Below are positions 43,049 to 56,194 of a stretch of 64,000 bases of DNA, piece after piece. The notes below the pieces were generated by a model. It was not told the DNA's origin. It ran no database searches and saw only the letters and a program-made list of their open reading frames with translations. Origin of the DNA: Bigelowiella natans CCMP2755 (lineage: Eukaryota > Protista > Cercozoa). Within the stretch, counting starts at the first letter, position 1, and the number at the start of each line of letters is the position of its first letter. A program made the translations under genes and the position numbers. The DNA lies in the NCBI GenBank assembly GCA_000320545.1, contig ADNK01000171.1:1-64000 (forward strand), in the 5' to 3' direction.

Positions 43049-43632
43049 ACACCAACCACACAGGAACGATAGCACTTGAGAAAGGAGATAAAAAGAGGAA
43101 GAAGAAGCCCCCAAAAAAAAAAAAACCCAGCTTTCTCAACTTCGACTTACGCAGCTCCCAACGCTATATACAAATGGTGGTATGGCACGGCATCACCGCA
43201 ACAAATCTCACATAACCTTCTCTTACCATACTATACTACGACACACTACGACATATAACACGCTAGCGCAGAAGACACGCTGCACTGACTTGTCGGAACA
43301 CCGCACTGAGACCAAGCTTCCTCATTGCCTCATCCTGATATGATCACACAGTATTGCCATAAATAACGTTCCGACCATGTCCTGCGTCTCGCAATATCGA
43401 GAAATAGTTCGGGTCCTTTCTTAGCTGATAATGCATGCAGCTGCTACCTGGTCGTAGGCCTCAATCTTGCTCCATTTGCCCTGGCGTGGAAAGTCTCAGA
43501 CACGATGATATAGGGGTTTTATCGGTGATGAAAGAAATTCATAGCAGGAGACTATTACTCAGTGCGAGAGGCGTGCGATTCGGTACCACGCGATTTAAGC
43601 GGTTATATGCGTACAAACCGCAATATTTTCTC

Positions 43633-43704
<72 letters not shown>

Positions 43705-44827
43705 ATTTTACACACTCTGGCATACATGCGTCCATGAATCATTCGCAGAGGCATGCAATTATGTACAGAAAGGCTCATCGTAGAGTTCGTGATGTTCCTC
43801 GCCGGTACTCCTACGCACAGCAGCAGCAGCAGCAGACTAATTACGACGAGACGCTAGAAGAAGCGCAAGGTGGGGGCGATTTGAAAGCCATGCCCAGTAT
43901 TATCAGGCAAACATTGTGTCTCTCTTCATGGTGTTCCGGGTGTTTGCAACGTCCAAAGTAGCAGCAGCCCCGTGTTGAAGCACTCACCCAATAATCCGAA
44001 ATCGGGCTTCATTGCAGCTGCTCCCATAGAGCTGGTTTTGGGTCCTCCCCCCCCCCCCCCAACGGCGACCAAGCCAAATGCTTCGAGAAGCTTCAACGCC
44101 AGGAACACTGACAACACCACAAACGTAAGGAGGGCGGGAAGGAAGCGGAAACATAGCGGCAGAGCTTGTGAAAAATAGTAGTAGTCTTACGAAGAGGAGA
44201 AGTATTGAGTAGCAACGGTGAAGGGCTTTACATGAGCTGCATGTTTACGGCATCAGTGCACTACTAGAATTGACGCACAGTAGATGATTCCTGGCGGCGA
44301 TTTGCGTATCAAATTCACGGCGATAGCGGTGCAGTGCTGTCAATAAATTCATCGTGATTCTTGAAGAACAACGTCACGCTGGTAAGTCATAACAGTGTGT
44401 TGTCGGGGGGAAAGGGGTGAGAAATATGGGCATTTTGCAGAGGCATGTTTACTAATTCATTTTCACGGCTGTCGTACAGTCAAATCGAATCAAAGCAAAA
44501 TATACATATTATTGTAGGATCAGCTGAAGACTAGGAAGGCTGTAGGTTGATACGCTGTACTACCTGACGACTCAGCAGATCTACTTGTATCATCCTCTCC
44601 GCCGAGCCTACATGATGTGCACTTGTTTCAACAACTTTGGATAAGGATTGAGGTTAAAAAAAAAAGGGACGAAAACCGTTTGAAAGAGTCAAGAACGACA
44701 GGAATCAGCAATAGGAAACAATGCATAGGATCATACATATCACCAAAAATCTTTCCAGCTGCGTAGTCAGCCTCCACCCAAACCTTAGAATGGCATTTTG
44801 ACACATACTCTCTTACACAATGAATTT

Positions 44828-44892
<65 letters not shown>

Positions 44893-45077
44893 ATTTATGT
44901 GATATGAGGTGTGGAGATTCATCGCTCGAAGCCACCACCTTGCCTTCATCTTGAGACAAGTTGTCGTCTTTATTCCCTCCAATGAACACTTCGCGTACTC
45001 CCTTCGAATTTTCTACGATGGAGCACGTGCATGTGCGTACATAGAATAAACATGTTGATACGTTAATAAACACACAA

Positions 45078-45126
<49 letters not shown>

Positions 45127-45405
45127 ATGAGCTAGGTGTATTTGTTATCATGTTTATATGTCTTCCAAAGTGCAGGCGAGGAGGATATATCATCCAACTA
45201 TCCGACCGGGCAAGGGTATTCCGTCTGCTCCGGCTCTTCCCTCCAAAAGCTTCCCTCTTCGTCGCGCCAGCTGCCGTGCGATGAGAGGCTGCAGGGCGGG
45301 GAGAGACGCGGGTCGACGGGTCGCTTGAACGGTGGTCGTGCAGGGAACGGGGGGGGCGGCCAGCGCTGGTAGCAGTAGGAGCGGCATGGAGCTGACTATC
45401 ACCAT
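41040..45405 (-). CDS. Calycin/FABP-like beta-barrel protein with targeting leader and a transmembrane helix; many tiny exons
   Basis: Spliced: MVIVSSMPLLLLPALAAPP...(R-rich)...FLPALLTFVVLSVFLAL (TM)...MSLSGKWSKIEAYDQDEAMRKLGLSAVFRQGANLLSNIVIN (FABP-like GxW plus helix-turn-helix)...ETYPLDG...IEVSWGEPHGGYLLETF...YRVEYRRAGT*. Linkage of the 44.2-45.4 kb exons is inferred. Confidence 0.55.
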
Positions 45406-45700
45406 GTTGGCTTTCTCCTCTGCATGAAATGTGAATGTCTTGAAGGGCTCAGGTAGATGTTGTTAGTACCCTACCCGTCGGCCGGTCGGTCGGTCGGAAG
45501 AAGCCTTCTCAAGCCGCCGTTACCGGCAGCTGGAATTGTTGTTGTGGATTGTTGCCGGATCGTGACCTTCGCGTGCTCGGTTGTTTCATGGGCAATTATA
45601 TTATCCGCCTGTTTTGCTGGTTTGGGATATTTTTGTTCCCGCCACCCGTTACCTGCCGTCGTTACCACCATCCGCGCGAGCGCGAACACGGTCGTGCGAC

Positions 45701-46671
45701 ATGAATTTAGGAAATTTTCTAAGCGTAAACGAAGGCGCTCCTGAGAGAAAATTCGGTGAGCGGACAACACCCGATATCTGGAACATCCCCCCAGCTGGAA
45801 AGAAAGCTCGTTGTCACTGCCCAGCATGGTAACCACTCCTTACACGAATCGTGCCTCACATGAACCTGAGTGTGATCGTTGTTTCTATATGGGTGTTCGT
45901 GGCAGCTTGGAAGTCTACAGAATATGCTGAACAAGGCCAAGGGCGAGTCAGCTCAACTCAATAGAGATAAGAATAAGGTCCGGTCATGTGGGTCGGATAA
46001 CAAAAAAAAAACGTCTCCGAGCTTTCTTCCCGTAGGTGTATTGGGCTCAAAGATACAAGCGTTATTCGGAACACTACAAAGAACGAGCTGCAGTCCTAGC
46101 AAAGGAGGGTGATACGCGCGCACCAACATACCTGGATTGGGTAAGCGACATTAATACCCAGCACTCTCAATATAAGAATGACTCATGCTTGAACCTTATT
46201 CAGTCCAAGTATTACATGGAGCGAAGCGTTGACCAAGTTCGGGATATTGAGGCAAAATGTAATTAGCTGCTTCAAATTGTGATATTGTGGAAATGTTTTT
46301 ACATTGCTCGTACAGCACTCGCTATCCTGGTGCCACAGGCAGTGGCAGATTACAAAAAGAACAAGGTTGGTGTACCTAAATGTGCACGCCCCCTTGTTGC
46401 TTCCTTAAAAATGCGAATTTTTACCCAATTTATTAAAGGATAAGGAAGATGCGCAGATGAAGAAGGAAATGGAGAAGAATGAGTCGAAAAAGTACATGCT
46501 TGAATCTACTCAATGAAAAAAAAATACGTAACTTTTTGGGTTATATCTGCAATACAGACCGGATAAAGTGGAGGGCAAGTCTGAGGGCTCCTCTGATAAA
46601 TTTGTCACTGCTTTGAAGGTCAAAGTCCCGAAGGTGATTGACGAAAATTTTGTATTGAGATCGCATCATGT

Positions 46672-46712
<41 letters not shown>

Positions 46713-46904
46713 TTCTATCTTGGATGGAGTCATCATCTGTGCGATGAAATTTGCAATGAGAATGATATTCGGACATTATTACACCAACAATTTAGGGTTT
46801 GGGGAGCGGAGGATGTTTTGCAGCAAAATATGATCAAAAAGATGTATTTATCGTAGTGCAACCAGGTCACTTTTCTCATCCTTCCCACCCTCCCCTAACA
46901 CATA

Positions 46905-46964
<60 letters not shown>

Positions 46965-47207
46965 CATATATATAAATATATATAAATATATATATATATA
47001 TATTTATTTATATGTGCATAATATTTATATATATTTGATACACGCATGTATGTACCATTTGAAACATTTTGCAAGCACTATATTTGCCAAAGTAACTGAA
47101 TGATCACTACGTTCATGATTATCATTTTAATTGTTGGTCAGGCACGAAGCCAGGAACAGAGATCCTTTTCGCTCTTCCAACTGGGGTTGGTGGACTCGTG
47201 TGTCAAA

Positions 47208-47241
<34 letters not shown>

Positions 47242-48176
47242 TGTATGTGTGTGTGTGTGTGTATGTGTGTGTGTGTACTTGTGATGAATGCAGACAAGGG
47301 AGAAATAAATGAGAATAATGCAAATGAATGGCCTTATAGCTTGTGTGGCATGTATTTGTATTTTAATACAGATCGAACCCGTGGCTGTTGAAACTACCGA
47401 AGTCAAGGAGAGCGAATTGGTTGCAAATACACTTTTTGTATCTTTTGCTTTAGATGACACTCACAATGCGTTCAGATGGGACCACAGGAGAAAGAAGGAT
47501 GGCTAGAGAAAACCGGTTACGTGAATACGTCATATCAAAAGCGATATTTCAAGCTGATGAAGAATGCGGTATAATCGTAATATTTTTACACATGATGTTG
47601 CCAATTCTTCGAATTTTCGGGGTGTACTTATACTGTATACATTTTCAGAGCCTGGTCTATTACTCTGAGGCTCACTCCACCAAAGAACAGGGATCAATGT
47701 ACCACTGAACATATTATTATTAATTCCCGGAAGATTATATGTGGCAGTGAGGGGTGTTGTGCCTTGTCAATATAAACTATGTGTCTTGATTCTGTTACTT
47801 TGGACACCGTCTATCCAGCAACTTGAACGAAGTCACACTGAAAGCAAAGCCCCCAAAAGATGATGGCGCCCCCTTCTACTTCATAATCGTAATGTGTTTT
47901 TTGCTGTTACAAGCTATTTCTGAAACTGCATTTTCGGTATGATCAGGGCACCAAAGCAGTTGGTGGAATGGCAAGCCGGAATATGAAGATCAAAGCAACA
48001 TCCCAACAAGAACTCGATAGCTGGATCACCGCTCTTAAGTCGCACAAGGTAAGTTCAGTAGTATCAGGAAGATGTGGCTTTCATTCATTAACATATGTTC
48101 ATTCTGTGAATGTTCCAATGCCATATTTCTGTGTTTTCTGTGCATCGATTCTTAGGGTCTGAAATTGGTCGAGTAG
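45701..48176 (+). CDS. C-terminal PH-domain protein
   Basis: Spliced PH domain KEGWLEKTGYVNTSYQKRYFKL...LVYYSE...QGSINL...MKIKATSQQELDSWITALK; stop TAG 48174-48176. Confidence 0.8.
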
Positions 48177-48823
48177 ATTGCATTGCAATTTGTCTTGTAG
48201 ATGGTTGAGATCTTTCGCTGTTGTTTTGACTCAAAATTCCGTTTTGGGGTGGAGTGTTGTTGCCACATTTTGGAAGTGACGAACAGTTTCCTTGGTGTAT
48301 CATAGCATTAGTTTAGTCGTGGTCGTTTTTTTGTGTCAAAAAAACTTGACATTCGATCAGTCCGTGATTCCACTTCAGTTTTCATTGCCCTCTTTCCAAC
48401 CGTTGCGTTCATGCATTTCTGCAAGCACAGCTAGACAGCACAGCACGAGCCCATGTGATGTCACAGCTCCACAGCTACTGCAGCATTTGCCACTCGATCA
48501 GTGCATCAGATGCATTGTCACGCGTGCCATGCATGGCCATGCCAGCATGTGTGGCGAACGTGTGCACACAGCACACAGCACACAGCACTGTGACGTGCAT
48601 GTCACAGAAAATTGCAGCATCGCCATCTACACATCGCATCTACGAGCCAATTGCGCTGGCATGCCAGCACGCCGCGCCAGCGCAGCGCGTGTCTGCAGGA
48701 TCGGAGATGATGGACACAGCAATGATGTAGCGCGTACCACTACGCGGGCACAAGTCACGTGCGACAACAAAGGGGTTGTCGCGGATATAGAATATAGATA
48801 ACGTAGATATTAATACAGCATAG

Positions 48824-48909
48824 GCACGTGGGTTCCGGCGGGACTCATGGCAGCACACCGGAAGTGTGCTGCCCCACGTGCGGCGGCATTCGCGAAAGCT
48901 TCGCGAATG
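48824..48909. other. Compact multi-hairpin element (three-way junction plus a perfect hairpin)
   Basis: GCACGTGG(48824-31)/CCACGTGC(48874-81) encloses GTTCC/GGGAC and GGCAGCACAC/GTGTGCTGCC; then CATTCGCGAA/TTCGCGAATG (48887-48909). AT-rich flanks. Confidence 0.5.
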
Positions 48910-49574
48910 ATTACGCAGTGCACGATTTAATAAAAATATAATCTTTAATAAAAATAAACACAACTCTTCAAAAGGAAGCAAACGTGCCTTTCCCCCCCCC
49001 TGCCTACTTGTGCACGTAGCGCCTCGGCCTGTGAACACCTTACGCGCAACAATGATTGTCCATCATGCAGTGAACAATGATGTCAACTCTGACATGCGCG
49101 CCTCGATCATGATGATGCCGAGCGAAGGACGGGACGACTTCATTTGCACGTTCACTGTGTGATCGATTGCATTGCTTGGCTTGTGCTTTTGACCACCCCA
49201 TCACTCAGCAGCTAGCAGTGGCGTGTGTCACATCAATCGCTCTGGCCTCGCACTTAGTGCCAGTTTGCGCCACCCGAACGCACTTGTCGCAGATGGAAGA
49301 CGCCACTGCACACCGTTGTCGTACGGAGTTGTCGCAGGACAAAAACGCCATGCACAAGCACAAATTTGCAACTTTATTGACCGGCAGATCTAGCCTCAAA
49401 TGAGCATGGTGGGCGCAGGACTGCCGGTGAGCGCAGTGTCGATCATCCCGGATGGGCCAATTCTCACTACAAAAGTCAAATTTGTGTAATTGCTAAGCTT
49501 TGTTTTTTGTGTCGTTGTGTAACAAAGCCACCTCCTCCGCCGACTAAAGCAAAGGACGAATCTTTATCTAAGTA

Positions 49575-50913
49575 ATGGCGCGCGAAACACACAGTGCACA
49601 TCAGTAGTGCAATGAGAACCTAAATCATTTTTTCAAAACTTTTTAAGGGTTCTAGAATTCTTGTATCTTGAACGATTTCATCTCTACTAGGAGAGAAAAG
49701 TTGCAGGCCATTTTCAACTACTTTGACATAGACAATGATGGAATTCTAAATGCGAAAGAGTTCACAGAGTTCGTGAATGCACTATTTGCGTGTGGGCAGG
49801 ATGAAGAAATCGAAGAGGTAAGGATATTGTTCTTGAACTTTCCTTGCTACCGATCCAGTTATTATTATTATTGTTTCAACAGGAGCAATATCCAGATCTT
49901 GCCTTAAGTTTCGGCGCAGACCCCAAGATTGGAATACGTTTAGAACACCTTCGACGAGCATATGAAGAAGAAAATGTACCACACCTTAGGGACCGTCAAA
50001 TGTGCTGAATTAACGATGAGTTCTATAAAGGGGGACGTTGACGGAGATTTCGAAAAGCTCGAGTTAGATGCTTCAGTTTTGAAAAGGATTCCACTTAAGT
50101 GAGAGTTTGCCCAAATTTCAACTGATTCAAAAGCTGAGTGATCTTCAATTTTTTTTAAGGAAATCGCCCACTGAATCGAAAATTAATTGTCTCAAGTATG
50201 ACACCACTTTCGAAACCATAGATGAAATAGCATTGAAAGTTAACATGATTTCATCAGATACGAAGAAAAGAAAAATAGTCCTACAAAAGGTGAGACAGAA
50301 TGACTTGGCAAACCCAATCTCACTTTGATTGAAATTTCTAACACAATCGTCTTGATTGATATGCAGGAATCCTGAAAGCTGGTGAGGTGCAAAAACGAGG
50401 AATTTTCAACACAAAGTACAAAATTCGACACATGCAGCTCGAAAAGTTGAACGGACGAGCCTTTATAGTGTACTACAAAAATAAAAATAAAGGACACGCA
50501 GGTATTTTAATTTCGCTATTCCTTTGAAACCAATGTAATGAAGTAATGAAGTCATTCTGATGCACAAGGTCAAATTTTACTGGACAAAGCTGAAATTGAA
50601 GTGGATCAAAGAAATCCAAAAAATTGGAGGATCAATACAAATAAAAGGACATTTCACTTAAAAAGTATGAGCAAAGAGGTTCTCTCCAAAAGTCCTGTTT
50701 GATTAGCTGAACGATGGTGATTTATTTTTGCTTTCTCAACAGGAGAGAGAAGAGTGGCTGTTAGCTGTAATGAAGCTGTGTGGTGACTTAGTAACAATAA
50801 AAGGAAGCTTCAGATCTCCAGGTGCCAACTCGCAAAACTTAAGCGACATCACATCCTCCCACTCAACCGTCACTGTCACGCCAAAAGGAAGTTCTAGCAT
50901 AGGTCAACCATGA
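49575..50913 (+). CDS. EF-hand plus PH-domain protein
   Basis: EF loop DIDNDGILNAKEF; PH domain AGEVQKRGIFNTKYKIRHMQL...IVYYK...GQILL...KRTFHL...EREEWLLAV. Start approximate. Confidence 0.8.
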
Positions 50914-51814
50914 CCAGCTTGAAGCCCAAAAGCCGATGCACATCCGGCACGAAACTACATAAGTGCGATGTCCATTTCCACATGATAATGTAATGTTGCT
51001 CGTGTAATTTATAGTTCAAGCATGATCAACGCCAGTAATTGAGCTTCCATAGTGCTAGGTCCATACTAGAAAGAAGGTGAAAGCGTGAAAATTCGTATTG
51101 CATGCTCACACGCACACACTCTAGACACTAGCTGTTCATGTCACACATCAGGTCTGATGATGTGCTTGCATGCATTGCTAATGTCTAGATGTGCAAGCGA
51201 TCGATGTGGACGGTGCCTACGCCTACTTTTCTAGTTTTATATTACATGACATGTGCAGCAAGCGCGGCAACACATCTAGACATGTCTAGATGTGTGCTAC
51301 TGTGCACGTACATCAGATAGTAGCTAACATGCCTTGCATTAGCAGTGACATGTAGCACATCTATGCACACATGCTAGCTAGCTAGCATGCGCGTGCCATC
51401 AAAATTTCCCCGATGTCATTTTTGTAACAGCACTCATGACAATGGGGTGGTCTTATGCGACATAGTTGCTCCATAAAATCGTAACATATCAAGTTAGTCG
51501 AACTCACACATCCAGTGATAGTGCAGAATATTGTGCTGAAGGAAGAAACCTTAGTACGTGCTGTATCCTCATGTTTCATGCTTAGCAAATGTTATTAGCC
51601 ACGATTTTGCGTTACACTGTGCCCCAATGAATGGCATGCGATGACAATTGTTGTTTTTCACGCCTGTCTAGGTACATGTCAGTCAGCATACAGACATTCA
51701 TACGCCGACAGCAATATCAACGAACTATCCGTATACGCACAATTCTTTCACTGCATGCGCTACATGCATTTGATATGATGGCCAAGTATTTTAACACGAA
51801 CGCCCAGTTATCAG

Positions 51815-53119
51815 TCACGATTTAGATCCCATAATCGACATGTATCGACGTGTGTCTGTAGAGCTAATTTTTTGTAACGGCCCTACACCTTCCGTGCTGT
51901 TGTTGCTTGACCCAACAAGGTCTACGACACGGATATCTACTTCTTTCAATCCACATTTTAATCTCTCTTCATTCACCAACTTTCCACCCTTTTCACTTTC
52001 CCTCGAGACTACAAGAGTAGTCAAATTAGCTATTGTAATGGAGGGCCCAAAAGGATCTTCTAAGGGGCTGATACTAATTTGCAAGCTCGGTTCTAATAAA
52101 CTCATGAGACGGCGTACTTTCAGTTCACGGATACTGAATGGTTGAATGTACTCCTTGAAGGCCTTCTCCTTGAGTAGAGGACCGGAGGCAAGCCCCAACG
52201 TGATTTGTCCTCCCTCTACCCCCGCCTCGGCAGCGATTGCCGCACACACAGAGAGAAGCAGTTTATGCCCTGCGTGTAGGTGATCAAAGGTGCCACCGAC
52301 ACATACATGCTGCTTGGTATTAGTATGTATTCGGGGTACGGTAGCGTCTTCCTCGAGCGCAGCACCAAGATTCGGCCCAGCAATTATCGTCTCTACTTCG
52401 GGAACAGGAAGTCCACGTTGGCGTCTTCGTTCGATGACTTCATTGGTTTCATCCATCCCGCCGGGGACGAAGCCCCCGTTAGAATGAATGTCGTAAAAAG
52501 AGTTTACATTTTCTTCGGAAAGAAACCGCTGCAGTGGCTTCTCAAAGAGAACCGTAATATCAAAGGTCGGGGGGAATTTTCGACCGAAGGCCAGGTTCTG
52601 CGTGATTCCATAATATATGCGATACAGCCTTTCGGCTTGAATAGAGCTCATATTCCTTGGTGTAGGATGTAAGCCAAGGTAGAAGGAGTCCAATTCGTCT
52701 AGCTTCTGGAATATATCTTCTAAAGCGTCTAGCTGGTCTTGATGGCTTAATCTCATGTCCAGATTTGCACAAATCGCTCTCTGTGTACCGTAGCTCTGCT
52801 CTTCCGGTGGAATCGACGATGAAACTCTTCGAAGTCCTTTTTGCCCAGACGAATAGCTACGAATCAAAGATGGAAACCAAGACTTGGATCCACATTGTGC
52901 TCTTACTGGCAGATTCGAAAGCTTCGAAAGAGCACCGGTTGAGCGATGCCGGCGGGCTCCGGGTCCGGACAGAGATAGTGCACGCCGGATTCTGAAATAT
53001 CTGTAGTTGCTGATGGCACGCTCCATCGAAGTCGTCGTTCTGGCTTTGAGTCTTGGACACAGGAGCGTGAGGAGGAGCAGGCCCGTCGGCGGGGGTCCGC
53101 CCCGGAAGCGCGGGATCAT
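51815..53119 (-). CDS. Phosphopantetheine adenylyltransferase (eukaryote/archaea-type, HxGH family), intronless, N-terminal targeting extension
   Basis: 434-aa ORF with VGGTFDHLHAGHKLLL, DPFGPS, LVVSRES, VNEER and KISST. Confidence 0.9.
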   Translation of the reverse strand: MIPRFRGGPPPTGLLLLTLLCPRLKARTTTSMERAISNYRYFRIRRALSLSGPGARRHRSTGALSKLSNLPVRAQCGSKSWFPSLIRSYSSGQKGLRRVSSSIPPEEQSYGTQRAICANLDMRLSHQDQLDALEDIFQKLDELDSFYLGLHPTPRNMSSIQAERLYRIYYGITQNLAFGRKFPPTFDITVLFEKPLQRFLSEENVNSFYDIHSNGGFVPGGMDETNEVIERRRQRGLPVPEVETIIAGPNLGAALEEDATVPRIHTNTKQHVCVGGTFDHLHAGHKLLLSVCAAIAAEAGVEGGQITLGLASGPLLKEKAFKEYIQPFSIRELKVRRLMSLLEPSLQISISPLEDPFGPSITIANLTTLVVSRESEKGGKLVNEERLKCGLKEVDIRVVDLVGSSNNSTEGVGPLQKISSTDTRRYMSIMGSKS

Positions 53120-53559
53120 TTAGAGGAGAAGGATGGGGTCCAATGCTCGCGCATTCATCACAGTTGCCATTGTTTCGGTACGAGTAGGAACTTACCTCGA
53201 GTTGCTCGTTGAGCCTCCAACGCTTGGTTGTCGCAGTACGGAAATGGGACCCTTTTTAAATCCCGTTAACCGCGTCGAGGCAAAAATAAAACTTTAAAAA
53301 ACTCTGGAGAATCTCGAGATGGTTTGGCCAAACCAGCAGCAGCCTGTAACTCCAACATCCCTCTCGTTGGTGGAACTGCTACCGCAAAGGGACGGAAGGG
53401 GGGGACAGGACATGCACGAGTGGAGGCTTGAGGAACTCTTCTCCGAGATCCAATACAGTATGGTTTTTTAGCTCCTTTTGTGTGTGAATGCTTTTGTCCC
53501 AATCAGTCCCTTCACATTGTTCTGTAATTACAAGGTGAGAATGGGGACTTTGACGAGCG

Positions 53560-55353
53560 ATGTCGAACAGTGGAGAAGTACCTCCAAATGGATTCAACTC
53601 ATTACCAGATAAAGCGAGCAGTAAAGGTGAAGTAAACCTTGAACCTTCTTCATTCTTGTCTCATTCCTCCAAATTCCAGGAAAATTTAATGTCCGCCAAC
53701 TGCGAGCCTGGCAATGTCCATGAATACGTTAGGAAACTCCTCGCAGAGACGGGTAGAATATTATCATGTTGAAAAATTGACAGTAACTAACGTTTTCCAT
53801 CTCTAACGATAAATATGATCCGCTAAATGTAGAGCTGGGTGTGGTACTGAGAAATAGAATCTATGAGCTTGACGAAGACGCAAAGAAGAGACCTAGGTTG
53901 TTTAAATTTTTAACAAACATCAGCGGGATTTACTTACTACTTTCCCCATGCATGAGAATAAGACCTGAATTGACATTCAATTTCCTTGACAAAAAGGCTT
54001 CCATCCAAAGAACTGATGCCCAGATTCAAACCGATAAGAGAGCAACTCGATGTCGTTGATATGGCAAGAATACAATGGGACAGCCGCCTCAAAACGGAGC
54101 TTCGATCGCTTCTTAACAAGCTTTCACGTCCCGCAGTGAGATTAAGAGGAGGGAAACTGAACGACGATGGATTCACTGTTCGGTTCATATTTACTTCAGA
54201 AGATCTACTCGAAGTGATTCTAGCAATCAAGAACCCTAATTTTTCTGGCACGTTCACAAAGCATGTGGGTTGGAACCTCCTGCAGTTGCAGCTTCAAACT
54301 CCCACGGTCGAAGAGCTTCGCTCCAAATACAGAGAGCTCAGCCCAGATATAAGGCAGATGGGCGTCGACGATACTATATATGGCTCTGAATGGTTTGGCG
54401 CAGAAAGGGAGCGCACTGGCGCATCTCTGGCGAACGCAGGCTACATTCCGCACCTCAAGAATTTCGCGAAAACGGGAGTGCCGAACTCTCTTCGACCTGC
54501 ACTCTGGGGAAGAATATTAGGATGCAACCCGACTCCAAAGGACCTTCATCGTTACAAACTCTTGCGGCAAAATCTTGCATCTCTGGATGTCGCAAGCGAT
54601 TCTCTCTTCCGCTTCGATGTTCAAGAGACTACAGACAATGACGAGTTCTTCGTGTTCTCAGACCCACTTAACGAGGCTATGTTGATATTCTCCCGGGACA
54701 ATCAGGTTCGATCTTTATGCTCCCTTGAGCCCACGACTGCCGTCTTAGAAGTCAAGGCTCCCAGTCCCCTCGACGGCAGCTCATCGGCGGAGACGGCGGA
54801 AACGGCGGAGACGACGGCGCCGGATGCAAAAAAGATTGCGATCCCCCCTTGTGGGATCATCCCATTCTATCAGCTTTCACTCATAGCAGCTCCCATCTGT
54901 TTCATACATGCTGACGTTGAGCATATATACTACATGTGGCGCGCGATGTACTGTCGTTATTTTTGCCGCCTGCATATCATAAGCTCGCAGAAGGATACAA
55001 TTTACTACCTGGCCAAAACGTTCGAAGATTTGCTTTCTACGGCGCACCCGAAGGTGTACTATCACGCTGTCAGCATCGGAGCTCATCCTCTTCGAACAGT
55101 TTTCCCATGGATTTTCACCGCCTTCGCTGGAGTTTTACCAGTATTTCAGGTCCTTCAGGTCTGGGACCGAATTATAGCGTACAACACCTTAGAGTTGCTC
55201 CCCACGTTAGCAGCAGCTATATATTTGTTCCGTGCCGATCGTGTCCTCGAGGCGAAATCTGCTAATGAAGTTCATTCGATCTTCAAGGAGACCGTTCACA
55301 TTCAAGCTATCCCGTTACTTCAACATTTCCTCTTCTCGAAAGGCAAGACGTAG
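53560..55353 (+). CDS. TBC1D19: Rab-GAP TBC-domain protein, TBC1D19-like
   Basis: ELRSKYRELSP...GVDD, GVPNSLRPALW, DEFFVF.D, FSRD, PPCGIIPF, RAMYCRYFCRLH, FPWIFTAFAG.L, QVLQVWDRIIAY. Confidence 0.82.
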
Positions 55354-56194
55354 GAGTCAGCTGGTTCTCAAGCTCTTTAATCGGCAGATATCGCCCTGCT
55401 CCGCTATCCAAGTTAAATGAAACTTTTATGTAAATAAGTTGTGATAAGATTTGTAAAACGAACCTGATTTCACATCCCTGAATTATTGCTGATGGCCAGC
55501 ATGTATCACGCACATATCATTGACTGAACCGTATGTATCGTTAAGCCCGGGCTATACACAACCGCACGTGACTGCAATGACGATCGTCATGTCGCTGCAT
55601 CGCCATCTACTGCCAAACCATGTGCAATTATAATTTACGCAAACGCGCGGGTCAAATGAAGACTACATAATTAGATGGAAGAAAGGCGTGAAAGAGAGAC
55701 GAACTGATCCAGTAAGTATATAAGTATAAGTTATAAAGTTATATATAGTTTTCCGCGCGCGCAGTGCCACGATGCAACACTTGTAGTCGAGTTCAAAGTA
55801 CGTAATATCGCGAAGTAGTTCCATTCCAATAAATAGCTACATAAGAGCAACTGTAGTAGGAAACATTTAAATGCTTATGCGTACGCTCGTCTCATGTATA
55901 TGCCATGATGAGCACACAAAGACCATGGTCTATCGACTATGCCACATTGCTATGTAAATATAAGTGTTGAGCATGTATAATAGATAGATTCGCATCGAAC
56001 CCAATTACAACTCCATCCTCATGGTAAGCATGGTAAGGATAACATTGTAACATGGCAACAATTACAGCAACGCTCAGCATATAATGCATGTGATCTATGT
56101 TGTTTCTCTTGCCAATGAAATCCCCCTGCTTCAGATTTAGGATTTTGTATAGTAATCTAGGAAAAGCCTCCATATGGTAAACTGTGGTTACTGA

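Noticed and set aside
48824-48925. Hammerhead or HDV ribozyme
   Set aside because: The minus strand has CTGCCATGAGTCC but no intact CTGANGA/GAAA core; the plus strand has too few nucleotides for HDV P3/L3.
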